Below are positions 51,145 through 63,151 of a DNA stretch of 64,000 bases, piece after piece. The stretch's first letter is position 1; every line of letters begins with the position of its first letter. The notes under the pieces are model-generated. The model had not been told where the DNA came from, ran no database searches, and was given only the letters and a program-made list of their open reading frames with translations. The position numbers and the translations under genes were made by a program. The stretch lies in NCBI GenBank assembly GCA_963806855.1, contig CAWDYW010000001.1:96001-160000 (forward strand). Direction: 5' to 3'. Origin of the DNA: an uncultured Verrucomicrobiae bacterium. Its GTDB lineage: Bacteria; Chlamydiota; Chlamydiia; Chlamydiales; Rhabdochlamydiaceae.

Positions 51145-52848
51145 TTATTTTGAAAAGTTGATTATTGTTCCTTCTTCAGTCTTTTCAAAGTTCACAGCAA
51201 TCACGGTGAATTTGTCCTTTTTAAAGAGCGCTTTGAATGCCGAGTACTCCTTTTCGGGGATCGGTTTATCCCTCAGTAAATAGATGCAGGGGATCATTTC
51301 GGGATCGGCGAACTGCTTTCCATGAAAAATGAGCTCCTCAAAGGTATGAGGCGTGTCGATTCGGTGGATCGAGTAAAAGACCCGTTGGAACCAGGGAAAG
51401 CGCCTGGCTTTATATTGAGGAACCAAGATGTGGATATTGGGGATGATGCCGCAGAGAAGCCATGCCTTCAAAAAGGAGCCATTTTCGAGCATTAAGATCG
51501 GATGTGAGGTTTTGCGCACAAGCTCTATATCATGGGTATGGACGTGCATAAAGCGGTGGAGGATTTTTTTTGAGGTGAAAGAGAGGAAGAGGTCGGAGAG
51601 GCGCAGGATGATGAATATGGAAAATAATAGGGTGATGATGCCCATCATGGCAAAACTTTCACCCGATGTCAGTCCAAAGATTTGGTTGAAGAGATAGAGG
51701 GAAAGGGAGGCGAGCAGAACACCGACGAAGCTTAAGAAATTTCCAGCGGCAATGGTGTGGCCCCGGGTGTTCTCCGGGCTAAACATTTGAACAAAAGTAT
51801 CGAATGGGACGACGAAAATGCCTCCAAAGAAGCCGATTGCAAAGAGGAAAATCAAGGTTGGAATCATGGAATGGGAGATGGAAAGGAGAAGAAAGAGCAG
51901 TGCAATGAATAGGCCCGCAATACAAGGAAGTGCCAATTCGATACGGTTTTTCGATGCTCTGCCCGCTATGAAAGCTCCAAGCGCTATCCCCAGTGCTGTG
52001 ACTAAAAAAAGATAACCCCCGGCCACTTCAGAGAGTTTAAGCGATTGAATGGCGAAGGGGATGATATTGAGCTGGGTAAAGCCGCCGATGAAGAGAAAAA
52101 AGGCGGAGCCGAAGATCGAAAGGAGCAGATGCTTTTGCTCTTTGGCTTGGATCAGGGTATGGATAATTTGGCTGACAAAACGAAAATTGATTTTTTGTGT
52201 GCTTCCTTTAGGAGGGGTGTATTTGATCCCTAAGCTAGTCCCAAATCCGATGAGCGCGAAGAGCAGACAAACGCAGCCGACTAAGACATAATTGTAATCG
52301 GTTATGTCAGTGAGAAATGAGGCAAGAAACGTCCCGCCAATGATGGCCAAGTAGGTGAAGGAGGTGATCAGTCCATTTGCCTTTGAAACCCGATCTTTGG
52401 GAGTAATTTCAGGGATAATGCCATATTTGGAGGGGCCAAAGAGGGCTGCTAGAGTGGAGAGCAGGAAGAGGAGAAAATAGCTACTCCATGTCAATTTAAA
52501 AGCAAAAGCCAAGACGGCAAAAAGCATCACCACAATTTCTAATGCCTTGACGCCGATGATCAAATGGGTTTTGCTATACCGGTCGGCTAAAATCCCGGCA
52601 AACGATGAAAAGAGGAGAAAGGGGATCACAAAGATCGCGCCGGCCAGCGACAAGATCGTATTGGCTTCCGACGTCCCCTGGATTTGGATCAAGAAGAAGA
52701 TCAAGACCAGTTTGTAAATATTATCATTGAGCGCCCCTAAGAATTGGGTTGCATTCATGAACCCTAAAGAACTTTTTTCTGGCTTAGAGAAGCCGGGAAG
52801 CTTTGATAAAAAGGCTCGGATGGTGGAAAATTGAAATGGTTTGACCAT
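51145..52848 (-). CDS. MFS transporter (LplT/YgeD-like) with C-terminal soluble domain
   Basis: TQFLGALNDN, AGILADRYSK, FGPSKYGIIPE. Confidence 0.8.
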   Translation of the reverse strand: MVKPFQFSTIRAFLSKLPGFSKPEKSSLGFMNATQFLGALNDNIYKLVLIFFLIQIQGTSEANTILSLAGAIFVIPFLLFSSFAGILADRYSKTHLIIGVKALEIVVMLFAVLAFAFKLTWSSYFLLFLLSTLAALFGPSKYGIIPEITPKDRVSKANGLITSFTYLAIIGGTFLASFLTDITDYNYVLVGCVCLLFALIGFGTSLGIKYTPPKGSTQKINFRFVSQIIHTLIQAKEQKHLLLSIFGSAFFLFIGGFTQLNIIPFAIQSLKLSEVAGGYLFLVTALGIALGAFIAGRASKNRIELALPCIAGLFIALLFLLLSISHSMIPTLIFLFAIGFFGGIFVVPFDTFVQMFSPENTRGHTIAAGNFLSFVGVLLASLSLYLFNQIFGLTSGESFAMMGIITLLFSIFIILRLSDLFLSFTSKKILHRFMHVHTHDIELVRKTSHPILMLENGSFLKAWLLCGIIPNIHILVPQYKARRFPWFQRVFYSIHRIDTPHTFEELIFHGKQFADPEMIPCIYLLRDKPIPEKEYSAFKALFKKDKFTVIAVNFEKTEEGTIINFSK

Positions 52849-52869
52849 AAGAGACTATAATAGCAAGTT

Positions 52870-55670
52870 ATGATTCATTTTAGCAATTCCCTTGAAGAGC
52901 TGATCGGCATTCTCAAGGAAAATTTATATACGCAGAGTTCGGGTCCATTCGACCGTCGGCTCATCGCAGTGCCCCATTTGGGGCTCAAGAATTATTTGAT
53001 GCAAGCGATTGCCAAGGATCCGCAGCTGCAAGTCGCCGCCGGTCTGCAAATTGTCAACCTCGCGCAAGCTTGGGCAAAAATCTGTCGAAGAAAATTGCCG
53101 ACAACGTTAGAACTCTCCCTCTTTTTACAGCACCATCTGATCCCCCTCATCGAAGACGAAGAGCAGCTACAACATTATTTCGCATCAGAGGCCCGTGAGA
53201 AGAGAATTGGCCCACTGTGCGATGCCCTGGCCCTCTACTTCCAGCGCTATGCCATCTATGGAAAAAAAGTCTGCCGCCATGGCAGGAGAAGCTCTGGAGA
53301 GCGATGAAGCAGCGCTGGGCCTTTCCAGGTGATTCAGTGGGTATTAAAGGGAAATGGCAAATCCATCTGTTTGGTTTTTCTTTCATCCCCAAGGTCTATT
53401 TCAACTTTTTTCAAAGTGCAAATTTCTATCTGTTTTCCCCCTGTGAGATCTATTGGGAAGACTTTTACTCAGAGAAAGAAAAAAGCTATTTAAAAATTGA
53501 CGATACTCAAAATCCGCTGCTTGGCAATTGGGGAAAAGTGGGACGGAAAATGTTCGCGATGGTGCAGGAGAGCAATCAATGCACTGAGGAGCACTATGTT
53601 GCGCCATTCGAAGATTGCACCCTCCACCGGTTGCAAAGAGATTGCTTAGAAGGAAATTTTGGTCGGCACGAGAGCGATGCATCAATCGGTTTCTTTTCCG
53701 CTACGACACCACTGCGAGAAATTGAAATCCTCAAAGATCAACTCCTCAAACTCTTTTCAGAAGAAGGGCTCACTCCGCGCGATGTGCAAGTGTTTGCTCC
53801 CGATATCAGCCGCTATGCTCCCTACATCCATGCAGTCTTTGGGGATATCCCCTATGGGATCACCGATCTCGAAGCAAGAGAGGTCGATGAGGTTGTGCGG
53901 GCATTTGCAAAACTCATCGAGCTACCCAAAAATCGACTCGCATTGGGCGATGTGCTGCAGCTCTTTTCGACAGCTCCTTTTAAAGCGAAATGGGATCTCA
54001 ATTTGGCTCAGGCCCGCAAATGGTTAGAACTTGCGAATATTCGTTGGGGCTTTTCCAAAAATGAGCGGCGCATCTTCTACTTGCAAGATGTCGATGAAGA
54101 GCATCTGGCTGCAAACCCCGAGGAGGGGACCTGGGAACAGGGGCTGCGCCGCCTTGTGCTCGGCCTCGGCCAAATTGAAGGCGATGCCCTCTCCGCCATT
54201 GAAGTGACCGAAATGGAGCAATTTGATCGGCTTTATACCCTGCTCTATTCTCTTAGCGATGATCTGGCCCCCTTTTATGATGGGACCAAATGGACGATCC
54301 CCACTTGGCTTCGCTATTTTGCCACCCTTCTAGAGAGTTATTTTGCCATCGATCCTTCTCATGACCTTTATCAGCAATTGCAGCAGCTGGCCGCTAGCTG
54401 CGATGAGCTCGACCGAGAGGAGATCCCCTATCCTGCGATCGAGCGGGTTTTGGAGCAGCTCATCGCCAGAAAAGGGAAAACCCACCAACCACCCCATCTG
54501 CAAGCGATCAGCTTTGGGTCTCTCACCGAAGGATGCATCCACCCAGGAAAAGTAGTCTGCCTCATCGGCATGCAAGAAGAGAGCTTCCCAGCACGTGAGG
54601 AAAATGGCTCTTTGTATGCTGGAGAGATCGACTATCGGCCAAAAAAGGGAGATCAACACCGCTATCTCTTTTTGCAATGCCTCCTCTCTGCACGCTCCCA
54701 TCTGATGATGAGTTATGTGCGCGATGAGACCGGCAAATTGGGCAGTTCCCAGGTGGTGCAGGAGCTAATCCAACAGCTGGACGGAGCCGAGGTCGTCCAT
54801 CATCCAGCTCACCCCTTTGACCCCAAGTATTTCAATGGAACACTCCTGAGCTATAGCCAAGAGCAGTTTGCCATTGCCAAGGATAAGTCGAGCAAACACT
54901 CACCTCTAATTAAAGGCTTTTACGAACCGATCCACCTCGCCCCTGTGGCCCTAGCAGAGAGAGAAATCGACATCCAAAAACTGTTCAAATTTGCTCGCCA
55001 TCCGCTCCGCTATTACCTGCATGAAAAATTGGGCATCTATCCTGAGAATGTCGGGACCGATCAGAGCGAATTTGTCCTCGACCCGCTCACCAAACACAAA
55101 TTGGTGCAAAAAGCACTAAATGGATCGCTGGATGAACGGGACCTGCCGATCAATCTACTGAAACCTCTCGCTAAGGAGCAAATCGAAAAAGAGGTGGAGA
55201 TGTGGAGTGCGTTTGGAGAACTCCACAGCGAGAAAATCGAAATGCAAATCGAGGGAATCAAACTTGTTGGCAAACTTGAAAATCTCACTTCAAAAGGCCT
55301 GCTCGTCAAAGGGAAAAATTGCCTAGAAGATCGGATCAGATTCTTTCCGCAGATCCTCCTCTTACAAAAATTAAACCTGCCCGTCATCGGCATCAAAGAT
55401 CAGCAATGCATCACCGCCGAAGGGTCGCTCGAAAAATATCTCGAGTATTTTTTGCTGGCGCAGGAGCACCCTTCTCCTCTTCTGCCCGATCTCGCCAAGT
55501 CTCTCCTAATGGGCGGGAGTGCAGAACTAAAAAAAGGCATCAGCGGCATCGAAGATGAGACGTGGAGCTGGCTCCTTTTGCGCGACCCGTTGCCAGATGC
55601 AGAAGTGATCCACCGCAACTGGAGCACCTACCTCAAAGAAGTGTTTGGAGGGATTTATGCAACGATTTGA
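52870..55670 (+). CDS. recC: Exonuclease V gamma subunit, frameshift in A-run at ~53265
   Basis: SNSLEEL, NPLLGNWGKVGR, PLREIEILKD, FAPDISRYAPYIHAVF; precedes recB. Confidence 0.85.
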
Positions 55671-58221
55671 TATTCTCGATCCCCAGCTCAATATCTTCCA
55701 AAATTATTTTCTCGAGGCCTCCGCCGGGACAGGAAAAACCTTTGCGATCGAACATCTGGTCATCCGTCTTCTACTCGAAAGTGAGCAGCCCATTGAGCTC
55801 AAAGAGATCTTGGCTGTCACCTTCACCAAAGACGCGGCTCATGAGATGAAGACACGCATTCGAAAAAAGTTGGAATCGCTCCTTCCCGAGCAAAATCCTA
55901 GAGTCCGCGAGGCGCTGGCCAGCTTCGATGAAATTCAGGTCTTCACCATTCACGCCTTCTGCCATCGTATGCTGACCGAGTTTGCCTTTGAAGCAGGGAC
56001 TCCACTCAAAATGAACACTCCCGATAGTCAAGAGATGCGAAAGGTGATCATCGATTTCTTGCGCACCGGCGACAAACAATACGAGACCGAAATTTCTGAT
56101 CTGATGAAAAAGTGCCGCTATGACATCGATCAATTTGTCAGCCGAGTGCAAGCCTCGCCGTCACTTCCAATTGGCAAAGAGTGCCGTGAGCGGTGGCTAA
56201 TCAAAGCGGCCCGCAGCGACCACTTCACTTTCGACGAGTTGCTGCGCAGAATGGAAATCGCCCTTGACATCGCCCCCTTCTTAGCTAAAGTGCGGGCCAA
56301 ATATAAAGCGGTCATCGTCGATGAATTTCAAGATACCGATCCGATCCAGTGGCACATCTTCGAAAAGCTCTTTTTAGAGAACCATTTGCTCTACTTGGTG
56401 GGCGATCCCAAGCAGTCGATCTATGGGTTCCGTAACGCTGACATCTACACCTACATGCATGCGGCAGAGGCCCTCGGCACCGATAAAAAAGCCTATCTCG
56501 ATACCAACTTCCGGAGCACCCCTCAGCTGATCGAAGAGCTCAATACCCTCTTTACAGAGCGACCGGAATGGATTTCACTCCCATCCCTCCCAGGAGCTCT
56601 GCAATACCATCCGGTCAAAGCAGGGCGTAGCGCATCCCAATTTGGTCAAGAGCTGCCGATTCAATTTTTCGGCGCGCGGGGCAAACAGGGCAGGGAGAGA
56701 AGTTGGCCCACCAAGCAGATGGAAGAGGAAAAGCTCTTCCCCTTCATTGCCAGCGAGATTATTCGACTGCACAAAGAACATGCGATCCCCTTTTCGCAGA
56801 TGGCCATTTTGATCAAAGACCGCTTCCAAGCTGGGCGGATGCAGCTCCACCTCAACCTTTGGAAGATCCCCTCGCTGATCAAACAGACCTTCAATTTAAC
56901 GGAGTCGCGCGGATACGCTGCGATGGAAATGCTTCTCAAAGCGACCGCTCACCCCGAAAATGAAAGCCTGGTCCGCGCTGTCCTCTATGGACCCCTGATG
57001 CAAACCATGGAAAGCCCCTTTTTCCTCCTCAAACAGCTCTTTGAAGAAAAAGGGTTCGCCCCCTTCTTTGCCGAATTCATCCACAAATATTTCAAGTCTG
57101 ACACCTCCCTCTATTTAGAACTGCGCCAAACCGCCGAGATCTTGATGGAACAAGGGAAAGTGGGCCTCGCCGAGCATCTCCATCTGTTGCAAGAGCTCCG
57201 AACTTTAAGCCCTGAAACCGATGAGCGGCTCAAGCTGCGCGGTGAAGAAGGGGAAGACCGTGTTCCCATCATGACCACCTTCGCTAGCAAAGGGCTCGAA
57301 TTCGACGTCGTCTTCGCCCTTGGCATGGCCTCACGCCACCAAAGTGAGGAATTCGATGCCGATAAAGAGGCCGAGAAAATGCGCCAGCTCTATGTCGCCT
57401 TCACCCGCAGCCGCGAAAAACTCTACATCCCCATCCTCTACGACGAAGCGCAAAAACCCATCGTAGGAGCTTCCCCCATCGAACTCTTTTTTGCCGGAAG
57501 AGAGCTTCCTGTCCGATGGATTGATAAGATCGCGATTGAACCCTTCGCAGAAGAAAAAAAATCGGTCGAACTGGTCGCTCCTCCACAGCTGCAAATCCAT
57601 TTCGAGCCCGAATACCTCACCTCATTCACCGCCATGTCCAAACCGCAGAGCCACGGAGCGCTCCCATTCGATGCGCAAGATTTCAGTCGCAAAACACCCC
57701 ACACACTCCCCATCGGCGCCGAAACAGGCGTCGTCCTGCACACCATCTTCGAAACCCATTTTCAGGATCGCTCAATTCCTCTGGCCCAAATTGTTCTCGA
57801 AATCCTCAACGGGACCCACCTCGAAGGGTGGGAAGAGGTGATCGAAACCATGGTCCACGACACCCTGACCATGCCGCTGATCGGCGACTTTTGCCTCGAC
57901 ATGCTGCAAGAAGGTGAGTATTTCCAAGAAATGGAATTCCTCTTCCCCCAAAATAACCAATTGATCAAAGGCTTTATCGATCTCGTCTTCGTCAAGGATG
58001 ACCAATTCTACATTGTCGATTGGAAAACCAATTGGCTCGGGCCCTCCGAAGAAGACTACACCGAGGAAAAACTGCACGCCGCGATGCTCGAGCATGATTA
58101 CTACTTGCAAGCCAAACTCTATCGCGAAGCCCTTGAACGATATGTAAAGCAGCTTTACTTTGGTAATACATTCTATCTATTCGTAAGAGGCAGAAAGGGG
58201 GTATGCATTGGGAATAGCTAA
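55645..58221 (+). CDS. recB: Exonuclease V beta subunit
   Basis: EASAGTGKT, VDEFQDTD, GDPKQSIYGFR, SKGLEF, GFIDLVF...DWKTN nuclease. Confidence 0.92.
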   Translation: MEGFMQRFDILDPQLNIFQNYFLEASAGTGKTFAIEHLVIRLLLESEQPIELKEILAVTFTKDAAHEMKTRIRKKLESLLPEQNPRVREALASFDEIQVFTIHAFCHRMLTEFAFEAGTPLKMNTPDSQEMRKVIIDFLRTGDKQYETEISDLMKKCRYDIDQFVSRVQASPSLPIGKECRERWLIKAARSDHFTFDELLRRMEIALDIAPFLAKVRAKYKAVIVDEFQDTDPIQWHIFEKLFLENHLLYLVGDPKQSIYGFRNADIYTYMHAAEALGTDKKAYLDTNFRSTPQLIEELNTLFTERPEWISLPSLPGALQYHPVKAGRSASQFGQELPIQFFGARGKQGRERSWPTKQMEEEKLFPFIASEIIRLHKEHAIPFSQMAILIKDRFQAGRMQLHLNLWKIPSLIKQTFNLTESRGYAAMEMLLKATAHPENESLVRAVLYGPLMQTMESPFFLLKQLFEEKGFAPFFAEFIHKYFKSDTSLYLELRQTAEILMEQGKVGLAEHLHLLQELRTLSPETDERLKLRGEEGEDRVPIMTTFASKGLEFDVVFALGMASRHQSEEFDADKEAEKMRQLYVAFTRSREKLYIPILYDEAQKPIVGASPIELFFAGRELPVRWIDKIAIEPFAEEKKSVELVAPPQLQIHFEPEYLTSFTAMSKPQSHGALPFDAQDFSRKTPHTLPIGAETGVVLHTIFETHFQDRSIPLAQIVLEILNGTHLEGWEEVIETMVHDTLTMPLIGDFCLDMLQEGEYFQEMEFLFPQNNQLIKGFIDLVFVKDDQFYIVDWKTNWLGPSEEDYTEEKLHAAMLEHDYYLQAKLYREALERYVKQLYFGNTFYLFVRGRKGVCIGNS

Positions 58222-59623
58222 AGAAAAAATGTTTGGCGCGCCATTCAAGAGATGGCCCAAGTTGCAACGGCTTGTCGACCAGGGCGTGCTCCTCAACATC
58301 GACTTGGCCTATGCGGCGACCCAAACCGACTCAGAAGAAGAGGCGGCGACCCATGCTGCCCTGATTTCATTGGCAAGACAAGGACATCTGCGCCTAAGCA
58401 AAGAGCTCCTACCTGATCCAACCCTCGCCAAATTTGCTCGCGAAGGAGCTGCCCTCCCGAAGTCAGAATACTACGAAGAGCAAATCGTCGCCCAGCTCAA
58501 ACGACTCCTCACTTCGTCCATTCCTCCCAAATCGGCGCCCCCGATGCCCCATCTCACCCCCGAGCAGTCCCAAGCTCTACAGAATGTTTTAGTCCACCCC
58601 ATTTCGCTCATCACCGGAGGGCCAGGAACAGGAAAGACCTTCACCGCTGCCCAAATCGTCAAGGCGCTCCAGACCAGCACAATCCTCACTGCTCCAACCG
58701 GTAAAGCCGCCTCCCATCTCGAAAGCCAAATCGACCATCCAGTCCGCAGCGGCACCCTCCACGCCCTATTGGAAGTGCGCGGCCCCCTCGACTACGCCAA
58801 AGAGGTCGCCCCCCTCGATGCCGAACTGATCATCGTCGATGAGTGCTCCATGATCGACCCATCCCTCTTTGCCCGCCTCCTCACCGCAATCGGCCCAAAT
58901 ACCCGCCTTGTCCTCATGGGCGATAGCAATCAGCTCCCCGCAGTTGAAGGGGGCAGCATCTTCGCCGACCTCATCCAATCAAAGCAGATCCCGACCACAG
59001 CGCTGACCAAATGCATGCGCAGCGATCGGCATGAGATCCTCAATTTGGCCAGCTCTATTTTGGATGGAACTGCCCAGGAGATTCGGAATGTCGATCTAGG
59101 TTTTACTGAGGGAAATGTAGAGGCCATCTACCAAAAACTGTGGAACCATGTAAAGGAGCGCGATTTTGCCCGTTTCCGAATCCTCTCGACACTGCGCAAA
59201 GGACCGCTCGGCGTCGATGCCCTCAATGCCTTCCTCTATGAAAAATTCTCCAAAGTCACATCGCAGTTTCCCATCATGATCAAGCGGAACGATAGCCGCA
59301 CGCACTTAAGCAACGGCGATACTGGAATCGTGCAAGGCAATGACGCACACTTTTCAGGAGACCGCCACTTCTCCATCCACCAACTCCCTCCATACGAGTA
59401 TGCCTATTGCATTTCGGTCCACAAGAGCCAAGGGAGCGAATATGAGCATGTCCTGTTTCTAGTCCCCGATGGTTCAGAAGCCTTTGGAAAAGAAGTCCTC
59501 TATACAGCTGTAACCCGCGCCAAGTTGAGCCTCGAAATCGACGGGAACCCAGACCAAATCAGAGTGGCGCTAAGTCGCACATCTGGCAAAACCTCGGGGA
59601 TCTGCCAAAAGCTAACTAAATAA
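58208..59623 (+). CDS. recD: Exonuclease V alpha subunit
   Basis: GGPGTGKT, APTGKAA, VDECSM, SVHKSQGSEY, LYTAVTRAK. Confidence 0.9.
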   Translation: MGIAKEKMFGAPFKRWPKLQRLVDQGVLLNIDLAYAATQTDSEEEAATHAALISLARQGHLRLSKELLPDPTLAKFAREGAALPKSEYYEEQIVAQLKRLLTSSIPPKSAPPMPHLTPEQSQALQNVLVHPISLITGGPGTGKTFTAAQIVKALQTSTILTAPTGKAASHLESQIDHPVRSGTLHALLEVRGPLDYAKEVAPLDAELIIVDECSMIDPSLFARLLTAIGPNTRLVLMGDSNQLPAVEGGSIFADLIQSKQIPTTALTKCMRSDRHEILNLASSILDGTAQEIRNVDLGFTEGNVEAIYQKLWNHVKERDFARFRILSTLRKGPLGVDALNAFLYEKFSKVTSQFPIMIKRNDSRTHLSNGDTGIVQGNDAHFSGDRHFSIHQLPPYEYAYCISVHKSQGSEYEHVLFLVPDGSEAFGKEVLYTAVTRAKLSLEIDGNPDQIRVALSRTSGKTSGICQKLTK

Positions 59624-59721
59624 ATGAAAAAAATAATAACAGGATATTAACATCAGTGATGGGTTCATGCGCCCAATAGAATGAGCTCTCTTTCTTCCTC
59701 ACCCATCTTAATTCGTGGTTT

Positions 59722-59900
59722 CTAAGGTTGACGAGTATAAGCCACGAGAGCCGCAAGGGCATTGATCAGAAAATTATTTGGGGATCTATGCCTCGAATGT
59801 TCTAGTTGGGAAATATTTTTCAATTGATCATTTACTGTTTCAATTAGAACGCGTTTTCTGAGTAATATTTTATCATTTAAAGTCATGAATTTATTTTCTA
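59722..59900 (-). mobile_element. IS982-family transposase C-terminal remnant
   Basis: [38 protein letters not shown]...LVAY. Confidence 0.8.
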
Positions 59901-59977
59901 CAAAAATTTTTAAAAGGCTTGCGTCAAAAAAAAAATCTAGTATACTGTTTTTCGCATAAAAATTAAAGAGGAAACCC

Positions 59978-62948
59978 ATGCGTATATCAAAAAGAGATAG
60001 AGAGGAAATAGATCTTCAATCAGGACAAGCGCAAAAACAATCCAGTGAGAAGTCTGATCCACTTAGTGAATCTATTATAAGAACTGCACGAAAATTCCTA
60101 GGATATGGCTATGATCGAATCAACGGTAAAGGCGTTCTTGATCAAGTGCTGAAAGACTATTCTGATAGTGCTGTGGTTGTTTATAGTCAAGAAACCCATC
60201 AAGTTACTGCCATCCATATAGACTCAGAGGAAGCTAAAAAAGAACTTCAAAAAAGAACCCATATTGATTTTACCCCTTCATTTCTTCCAAATGCTTCTCG
60301 TTCTAAAGGATCAAAGGAGACTCATGCCAAAAACTTTAGCACCTTTTTCTGTGCTGCCAGCGTATTTCATACTGCAAAATGTCGATTTAGAAATACCCCA
60401 CCATTAAAACCAGATGCAATACTACCTAACCCACAACGTGGAGATTCATTTGTTCGCTCCGGAACAGTCGCAACTGGATATAATATTGTCCTTGAAGTTG
60501 GAGCAACGCACTCTACAAATAAGACAACAGAAAAAACGAATTCAGATTTTGGAGTAGAACTAATTGGATTCGGAGTATCCTGGGAGAATCTACAACAAAA
60601 TCTCCATGAAAAAACAATACAATATATCGCTATTAAAGAATTAAGAGGTTCGGGTAATTGTTTTCTTGATTTTCCTATAAATAAAAAATATACGAGCATT
60701 GAGGACTTGCATGGCATTCTGGAGAGAATAAAAAATGACTTCATCATGAAGTTACCTACCATTGAAGGAAGAGTGCCTTATATTGATCCTATTAATGATC
60801 TTAACTCGTTTGATTTTGCACCTGTAGAAGATTTTTCTTCTGCGAAGTCAGCTCGTCCTAGTACCAAAGCAAAACAACCCATCCAACCCGTAAATTTTAG
60901 CGATCTTGCTCTTCAAATCAAACCTGCTAGGCAACTGATCTTCGCCGATTTTTTTAAACAAATTGCAACTATTTTCCCAGTAGCTTTTAAATGCATCAAA
61001 GACGCTTGGGAGGGGGGAAACTATACTACTGTCATTGGCAAAAGTGGGATAGGCAAAAGTACGCTTATAGCCTATCTCTTAGGTAATGAGCTCCGATTTA
61101 AAAAGATTGATGGAGAGCAAGGGACCTATAGTTTAGGTTTTGATTACCTTCAAGATTCAAAAAAACCACGCCCCAAAATTGGCCATGATCTAAAATCTGA
61201 GACAATTGTGCAAGCCTATGGTGAAGAACAGGGGTATATCGATACTGCAGGTCTTTTTGATACAAGAGGAAAACCAACGATCCTAAATGCGACAACAGCA
61301 GATGTTTGCAATGCATTTGCAATCAATATGGTAGTTGATGCCCTTTCACCCAACCGACTGATAGTCGTCCTCTCAAGCAATGCTTTTGACGGCCGCGCAC
61401 AAGAATTTATTGAAATGATTGAAACTTTAAGAAGAGTAGTCATTGATCCCACCCATTCTTCAAAATGGCCTTACATTCGCTTTGTAATTAATGATCATTT
61501 GAGAGAGCTAGCACAAAAGATTGACGCCGATTCTACTAAAGCTGGAATATTAAATCAAATTCGTCGTCTTAAAATTGTGTTAGAAAAAGGAACGGGATCA
61601 ATTGCTCCCGGAAGTAAGTGTAAATATAAACGTACCAGGCTTAGGTAAGTTTAATTTATCTGGCCTAAGTAGAGTATATAATGCGATATACTCTTCAATG
61701 TTCTCTACTCAAAATAATGATCCGAAGTTACTCGCACGCTTTTATGCATTAGGACAAAAAGATCCCTCACAATACAAAGATGCGTGTGACCTGCAAGAAA
61801 AAATCGATATCTTAAGCATGATTGGCTCAGATAATGTTATTGTACCCGATTTCGGAAATGCAAAAACAAAGAAAGAGATTCAAATATGGCAAGGAACCGA
61901 TCCTAATGTTGGACTATCCAGGGAGTCTGTTAATTTTGAAGATCTTGTTAGTTTGGGTTATCCTACATTTAAAGAAGTTCTTATTGAGACCACAGATTTT
62001 TTTAATAAACTAGTTGGAGACAAAAAAAATATTCAAGAAGAGATAGAAGTTGCTGAAGAAGCTTTAAAGCAAAATCGAGTCAATCTTAAAAACGTAAATT
62101 CAAATATGGCCGATATTAATAATGGCGTTAAATCGAAAGCTACTTTTACTGAATTGTTAAAAACATCAACTGAACAGCTAAGAAAACAACGTGCTAGTAC
62201 TCAAAAAGCTAAGGATGATCTAAAAGCAATAGACGATAGGATTAATCATTTAAAAACCTCCACTGCAGAAGTTCATTATGCAACGTTACAGCCTGCAAGG
62301 CCTATCGTACCGAGACCTTGGTATCAAATCATTAACCCAACGACCTATTCTTTTGAGCATCGAGGAGATACTCCTATTCGCAATACAATAAAACAAGGGG
62401 TCCCTGGGACATACCTTAATGAAACTACAGACCGTACCGAGCTATTTCATGGGCAATATCGTGCAGAATTCTTACCTGCTTGGTGTTACAAAAGCGAGGA
62501 TTGTAAGGCAGAAATAAAACTTTATGCAGAAGAAAGAAACCTTCAAAAAAGTAAAGAGGAACTAGCTGCCAAAGAAAATGAACGCATCCGTAAATTTGCT
62601 GCATGGGAAAAAGAAAACGAAAAAGAACAAAAACTCGAAGCTAAAATCCAAGGTGCAAAAGACAGTTTAAAAGCTTTAGCCAATCCACATGAAATGCTTT
62701 CCAACCTAAAAAAGACGAAAATAGAACTTGAGCAAAGCATACAAACTAAAGAGGATGAGCTAGAAATATTGCAAAAGAGCCGCGCTAAAGCAGAGGGAAC
62801 ACTTGAAACTTATAAAGATTTCTGCGACTTGCTGGCGACAATTGTAGAAAAAATAGATCTCTCTCATGCCCTGAAAGAAGATGAAAAAGCGATTTTTGGA
62901 TTATTCAAGGCTAACTTTAAGACTTCGACCAACTATAAGAGGAGATAA
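59978..62948 (+). CDS. Large P-loop GTPase / coiled-coil protein (candidate effector), frameshift near 61610
   Basis: G1 GKSGIGKS, G3 DTAG; long heptad-rich C-terminal half; AT-rich. Confidence 0.6.
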
Positions 62949-63036
62949 GTCTAAAGAATATACAACAATTCCCGTCAGCAACTATCTGGCGGGGAATTGG
63001 TCAGGAAAAAATAATTTGTGCCATTTTCTCTTCAGG

Positions 63037-63077
63037 TTAACCGGCCACTTATAAGCATGCTATAAGTGGCCAGTTAA
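63037..63077. repeat. 17-bp-arm inverted repeat between convergent genes (possible bidirectional terminator)
   Basis: ttaaccggccacttata-agcatgc-tataagtggccagttaa, one mismatch. Confidence 0.6.
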
Positions 63078-63151
63078 AACATCAGTTATGAGCGCGTCCT
63101 GCTTTCTGGTTCACGATGGACCGGAGCCCTTCGGAGAAGGTCGTTCAAAAA

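Noticed and set aside
53260..53270. Programmed frameshift or phase variation in recC A-run
   Set aside because: Indistinguishable from the many other homopolymer indels in this assembly
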